Below are positions 58,908 through 64,000 of a stretch of DNA of 64,000 nt, in pieces. The stretch is from Leidyana gryllorum EB-2025a (lineage: Eukaryota; Protista; Apicomplexa): contig JBLWGC010000043.1 of assembly GCA_048772705.1 (NCBI GenBank), positions 489,169-553,168 of the forward strand, written 5' to 3'. Every line of letters starts with the position of its first letter. Position 1 is the stretch's first letter. A program made the translations under genes and the position numbers. Below the pieces are notes generated by a model that was given only the letters and a program-made list of their open reading frames with translations, ran no database searches and was not told the DNA's origin.

Positions 58908-61200
58908 GTGAGCCCGACGGACCTGTTGAAGCACGATTGCAAGTGTCTTGTAGGAGACCAGCAGATAACACACACGCGTGCTGGAGAGCCTCTACCCTTT
59001 AGATCCTCACATGACCCCGAAATTATACGTCACATTAGATCAGACCCGATGAAATGGCAGCAGCGACAGGTCTCTAAGAACAAGGCCCATCACGATATTG
59101 GTCTGAAGGAAGCAATCAGGCTGCCTCCTATTCCCCCAGGTCCACCCCTCAGCAGGTGCTGCCAGCAGCCTATCCGAAACCAAACCCAGAATCTCTTGCG
59201 GGCAGAATGCGAAGTATCAGCTCAAAGCGGTCCGAGGGCAGCCGCAGCCAACTCCGGTGGCGTCCAAGAAATCCTCATCAGTGAGGGAAGGGAGGCTCTT
59301 CCTGAGCTAATCGGCGATGCACCTCAGTATGAAAACGGTAAAGGCCTTCTATCCGCTCAAGTGAATGTGACTTGCCACAAAGGGATCGGGGCCAGCTTTT
59401 GACAACCACCGCCCACAACCGCTACCAGATAACACTCGATGGCACTTCTGGGCAAACCTTTGCTCAGACGAAATCGAGAGACCGGTCAGTACTCATCCAG
59501 TCCGTCTTATCAGCGACCAGGGACCCATGCAACTCGAGCTCCACCAGAGATGGAAGTGGTGGGCTGCCGGTACGTCCTTTTAGTTGCAATCGTAGCATGC
59601 GTGTTTCTGGTTGGAGCGGGGGTTTGAAGACCACCTCCCCCCCCCCCACCCTCAGTGGGGGATTAACTAAGACAGTTACTACGCAAATTATACGAGACTC
59701 CGGTGGATTGACTCCAACTACTTAGCAGAATGAGAACAGTGAGACAACACCCTCAGTTATTGTTCTTGGAGTAGGGCGAACGCTCGAAAACGGTATCGAG
59801 CGTAGCCACCGCTGCTGGGAGCAACGTTATTGGCTTTGAGGCACATCCAGAGTTCTCCCCTGAACCAGCCACGTGTAGGCTTCCAGGCGGGACACAGCCC
59901 AGCCGGCTTTGGCCTAGCCTTCCACTCTCTCATAGCTGACCAGAGAGACTACTTTCCAATCAAGAGAATAGCGGGACGAAGATAGATGAGTTATGGGTCC
60001 GCCCCCATCACCAACGAGCTTTTGACACCACACGCCGAGTGAATATTCGAGTGAACTTCCACTCGAACATGGGCTCCAGAATGAGCAGTCCAAAACGTGC
60101 TCTCCATTCAGCACTTGACGCTCCATCCGGGGACAGCGGCGGCCTCCAAGATGGGAGAAGCAAAGAACCAGAAGTGTCGAGTTGACTTTCCTGAACGCGA
60201 GCACCACAAAGCCGCGTCTAACAACCACCACAGCTGAATTTTGATCACAATGCCTCGAGAGCTCTCAGAAACTGCCATTTTGGGCGTCATGGCCAACTGT
60301 GCCCTGCAATTCCACTCCGTAGGCAAAAGCGACAATCGACGGTGAGCGACCTGGAGACATATGACACGTGTCAAGGCCACACGAGAGACCCCTCAGCTCT
60401 CCTTTGGCGGCCGCGGGTTCGTCACGGAAAGACGCGTTTAGATTCTTTTTAGCATTCGGACACTTGGGCAGTTTCCGACAACCGTTGAAGGAGTGCTTCA
60501 AACCGCATCAATTGTGACTCAGCTGCGTGATAACAACGAAGACACCGAGAACGAAGAGCAGGCGGCTGGGCGGGGGGACCAGCCGGGCTTCGGAGCATCA
60601 CGCCTGCGGTGCCAGGACGACTGGGGCCACGGCACCTCGCAAGCCCCCGGCTGACCGACTCCAGACTCACCGAGGCTTCAATGAGCCGCCAGCCACTGCC
60701 CTTCTTTCGCCACAGCAACAGAGGAAGATGAGACGGGACGACCGCGGATTCATTCGGTCAGAACCGAACAATACATAAAGGCTGCGAGTATAGGAGTACC
60801 CGGCCGAGATGGGTTACCTGTGTTTGCAAAGTCACCACATTACCTGTGCTGTGCCTGGAGTCCTCCACCGAGACCCCTCAATCCCCACGGAAGGGGAGTT
60901 GCGCTCCTGAACCTCAATGTAAAGCCATAGAAGATCTGGATGAAAAAGGAGACGTCAGCCAGCCGGAGTGCGGGGCGGGGAACTGGGAGAGCTGACCTCA
61001 ATCCATTAAGGCAGTAATCAAAGGTCGTCAAGCGTCTTCTATCTAATGTCGTCAAATGTCTTCGAACAGCTCCCTTTCGGAACCATTGGTTGTGCTTCGG
61101 GGCAGCTTCAATCTTCATACTGAGTAATCAGAATCTGTTGAGATTTGCAATAGCTCCTCGTGGCAGCGGGGGTTAGCCCATCTCCCTGCGTCTGCGAGTA
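58908..61200 (+). pseudogene. Decayed coding-like sequence with many stops and frameshifts; includes a possible FkbM-type methyltransferase motif-I remnant near 59750-59860
   Basis: No long ORF. Frameshifted reading VIVLGVG/AN../TVSSVATAAGSNVIGFEAHP resembles the VLDVGANxG..S..AA..G..VIAFEP pattern. Confidence 0.3.
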
Positions 61201-61257
61201 TATCTCGTGGGTCGACCTGTTGAGCAATGATAGAAGCGCTCTGATAAAGAGTCGCTC

Positions 61258-61420
61258 TGTCGGTGTCGAAGCAAGCTCCATCCACCATGCCATAAAATCT
61301 CAGATGGGAGGACCAACGTTGTTGATACTCCCAGGGGCGTCACATCACCAGTGTGCAGTGGCTGCTCGGCCCCCTGCCCACCTATTCGTGATCAGGTGAA
61401 ATGCAATCCGCAGGTAAGTT
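61258..61420 (-). ncRNA. U1: U1 spliceosomal snRNA, copy 2 (inverted, identical to copy 1 by eye)
   Basis: Reverse complement of copy 1; CAGGTAAGTT at 61411-61420. Confidence 0.93.
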
Positions 61421-61634
61421 AAAAATTTTAGGTTGAATTCTGGCAGGTGGGGCCGTTTCTGTCTCTTGGGACACACCGGAACGCGGACACCAAAGTGTGG
61501 GTGTGAGCTGTTGAGCGGGTGCTGATCCGTGTCTCTGTGTTAGGAGGTTATCAGAGGTTGACTGTGGATGTTTAACTGAGGGGTGTGCCAATTTGGAGTT
61601 GAGTATTGTGTATTTGTGTTGTGTAAAGGATATC

Positions 61635-62108
61635 ATGTCGTTTGTTGGGGGCGACCAAGAGGTGTTCTCGAACGGAGATGAGATCGTGTTCGAACGCATT
61701 GTTCCAATAGGCGAGGAGGACGAGTTCCGACGAGACATGGCTCGAAAGTACCGCGAGCACTGCGGTTCGATGGAGGATTTACTTCGGTGGTTGTGGAGTT
61801 TGGAGGCCTGTAAGTTGATCAACAAATATGTGGTGGCCGAACTGGCGATGAGAACGTGTGTAAGTGGGGCGGAGGAAGTGGCGAAATACATTGAGGGGAA
61901 ACGATTATTCCTCGGTGCCGAGAAGACTTCGTTGAATCCACCAAAGAGATGGGTTCAACAGAAGCTGAGTTTCTCGGGGTCGGGGGCGGCCGCGACCACA
62001 AAGATGACGACACGAATGGCGGCGTCGCCCGCGAGAAATGTGGTGAAACGTGAGGGTGCGGGCCAAAAAGGAGGGCACTGTACTCTCTCTAGCGCTACGA
62101 ACGTCTGA
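61635..62108 (+). CDS. Hypothetical protein (about 157 aa)
   Basis: ORF from ATG 61635 with globular-looking composition; divergent from U1 copy 2. Confidence 0.45.
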   Translation: MSFVGGDQEVFSNGDEIVFERIVPIGEEDEFRRDMARKYREHCGSMEDLLRWLWSLEACKLINKYVVAELAMRTCVSGAEEVAKYIEGKRLFLGAEKTSLNPPKRWVQQKLSFSGSGAAATTKMTTRMAASPARNVVKREGAGQKGGHCTLSSATNV

Positions 62109-62451
62109 TCGATTGTCGTAGCTGACACGACAATGTGTATATATATCAGATCCACCTGACGACAGACAAGGCCGAAAACAGCACACTCAGGCACAGCACA
62201 GCATTACTCACTCAGGCACAGAAGATTGATTGAGAGATTGATTGGTAGCGATAGATTCGACCCAAACAGAGATAGAGAGAGGGGGGAAGTGAGTGAGTAG
62301 GGGATTGGATACGAATGGATTGATCGATTTGGTTTGATACTGATGGTGAAATTTGGGAGTGAGTGAGAAGTGTGTAATAGTTTCTGGTAAGGAAGATTGG
62401 ATTACAGGTCGATGTTTGTGACATATCGTATGTTTTTATTAGGATCAATCA

Positions 62452-63564
62452 ATGACGCAGGGTGAGGATGTGGGTTCGTCGGACACTGTCAAGGACACTC
62501 TCCAAATTATTGAGGACGACGACGTCGTCGAGCGGCAACATCTGCGTGGCGCTTCTATGACGAGGACAACGACGCGGCCCGATGTATGGTATGATCCCCG
62601 ATCAGGTGGTCGTGTGCGGTATGTCGAGTTCAAGGAGGACGGACTCTACCGAAAATACATACTGGAGGAACAATCTGGAACGATGCAATGGGTCAGGTGG
62701 AAGGATCCACCTCGAGCACTGAACGAGAAGAAGCTGGTATTCGAGAAACAAGCCGAAGGATGTTTTGTTGAGCGGTTTATTGATACGGAAGATGTCGAAG
62801 AGGCTCAGTTGGCAGACTCTGACGACAGCGAGGAAGAACGACGACGGCTGCAGACTGTGTATTTAGTCCCACGGGTACGCAAAAGGTCCTCGTGGCAATC
62901 AGGAGATACAGATATTCACTACGACCCTCGATCTAACGGCTGTATCCGCTATGAACGGGGTGAAGATGGATACTATCGGAAGTTTCGACTGCAATTTAGC
63001 AGAGATCGAGCCCACGACTGGACTCCAGTCTCTGAACAGCGAAACCTGTCCGAAGTCGTTTATCAACGGTCACCCGAAGGCTTCTATCTGGAAGTCTTAC
63101 TTCCCCTTCCCGTGGCAGCTTGTATCCCTTCGAGCTTTGAGGAACGTTCCCGCCTGTCCCAATTACGGAGCGGTGGCGGCGGAGGGTGGCTCGACGATGC
63201 GCACGGCTCTTTATTGCCCCATCACAGAGCCGCCGTGGGCGCCCCTTCGTTCAACTCGTCATCAAAATGTCCAGATGAAGCTGAGCCCCCCGTCACGGTG
63301 TGCGTGCACAGTCCGTCTACCAAGGACAGCACCCACGTGACAGAGCTCATTCAGCGGACTTCCGTCTTCAGCGAGGCCGAGAAGGTGCTGGTGGGCACAC
63401 ATCATCTGTCGCCCAGACCTTACGGGCCGTCAGGGGGGAGGAGCAGAACATCAGAGGGCGCGTTGCAGGGGCACAACCCAAATTTCGACGAAACTGTTGT
63501 TCCACGGAGGCGGAGAATGACTGACCTGACGGACCGACTAACTTCACTTCTCCCAACACCCTGA
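62452..63564 (+). CDS. Hypothetical protein with two internal copies of a ~65-aa domain
   Basis: DVWYDPRSGGRVRY..EDGLYRKY...EGCFVE versus DIHYDPRSNGCIRY..EDGYYRKF...EGFYLE. Confidence 0.7.
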   Translation: MTQGEDVGSSDTVKDTLQIIEDDDVVERQHLRGASMTRTTTRPDVWYDPRSGGRVRYVEFKEDGLYRKYILEEQSGTMQWVRWKDPPRALNEKKLVFEKQAEGCFVERFIDTEDVEEAQLADSDDSEEERRRLQTVYLVPRVRKRSSWQSGDTDIHYDPRSNGCIRYERGEDGYYRKFRLQFSRDRAHDWTPVSEQRNLSEVVYQRSPEGFYLEVLLPLPVAACIPSSFEERSRLSQLRSGGGGGWLDDAHGSLLPHHRAAVGAPSFNSSSKCPDEAEPPVTVCVHSPSTKDSTHVTELIQRTSVFSEAEKVLVGTHHLSPRPYGPSGGRSRTSEGALQGHNPNFDETVVPRRRRMTDLTDRLTSLLPTP

Positions 63565-64000
63565 CATGTATGAGGAGGTTGAAAGAGTGGATGGTCCGTT
63601 TCAGTTAATCAGAAGCGCGGGGAGTCTGCTTGCTGTTTATCGAACGAGATCTCCTCCTTCTCTCTCTCTCTCTCTCTCTCTGGGGTGTCTGTAATGTTAG
63701 CCTTTACACTACACCCACCCACCACCGAATGTTCGATCAAAATTCGCGCCCCCCTGAATGAGCGAGCTCCGATCCGAGGATTTCAGTTTACATCCACCGA
63801 GATTACGCCGGACCTGCGACAGCTACACTCTCCGTAGTATCCTATAGCTAACTATCTGTGTGTTTTGTTGTGGGAATCAGAATTGTTGTGAGTGACCGAT
63901 GATTTTCTTACTGCATCCAACCCATTGACCAATCGGGTTTTCAGACCCCAACCGAAGATACTTTCACGCTCCCGCTCCCGCTACGTTGTGTCAAACCTCC

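Noticed and set aside
58458-61465. Classical DNA transposon with 210-bp TIRs
   Set aside because: The arms are U1 snRNA genes; no transposase ORF or target-site duplication is visible.
63655-63681. (CT)n tract, and CT/CA-rich tracts near 43990-44090
   Set aside because: Ordinary microsatellite or polypyrimidine sequence.

Overview
This is eukaryotic nuclear DNA from an alveolate, almost certainly an apicomplexan (a gregarine-like compact genome is plausible but not proven). Evidence: an alveolin/IMC protein, a C-CAP-only cyclase-associated protein, an SF-assemblin-like gene, and many 37-60 nt GT-AG introns, some with CTAAC branch points. From 1 to about 51.3 kb the window is extremely densely packed with housekeeping genes: MgtE-type transporter, topoisomerase IB, CPSF73, bromodomain+ET protein, degenerate kinesin, PH/coiled-coil protein, CAP, VAP/MSP protein, LamG protein, crooked neck, AN1 zinc finger, SF-assemblin, NRDE2-like, GT25-like, CDC40/Prp17, MYND, eIF4E, RNASEK-like, EAF1-like and an alveolin. 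Runs of co-oriented genes are separated by as little as 5-50 nt. About 51.4-62 kb is an accessory island. It holds two paralogous, probably secreted tandem-repeat proteins, then two intact U1 snRNA genes forming a 210-bp inverted repeat around 2.6 kb of decayed coding-like sequence. The most notable observations are the U1 inverted duplication, a TOP1 with a non-canonical active-site motif (SNHTSKQHY), operon-like gene chains including a hidden 4-exon microprotein, and a probable catalytically dead kinesin. Exon boundaries were inferred by eye and all family calls are motif recognition, not database searches.
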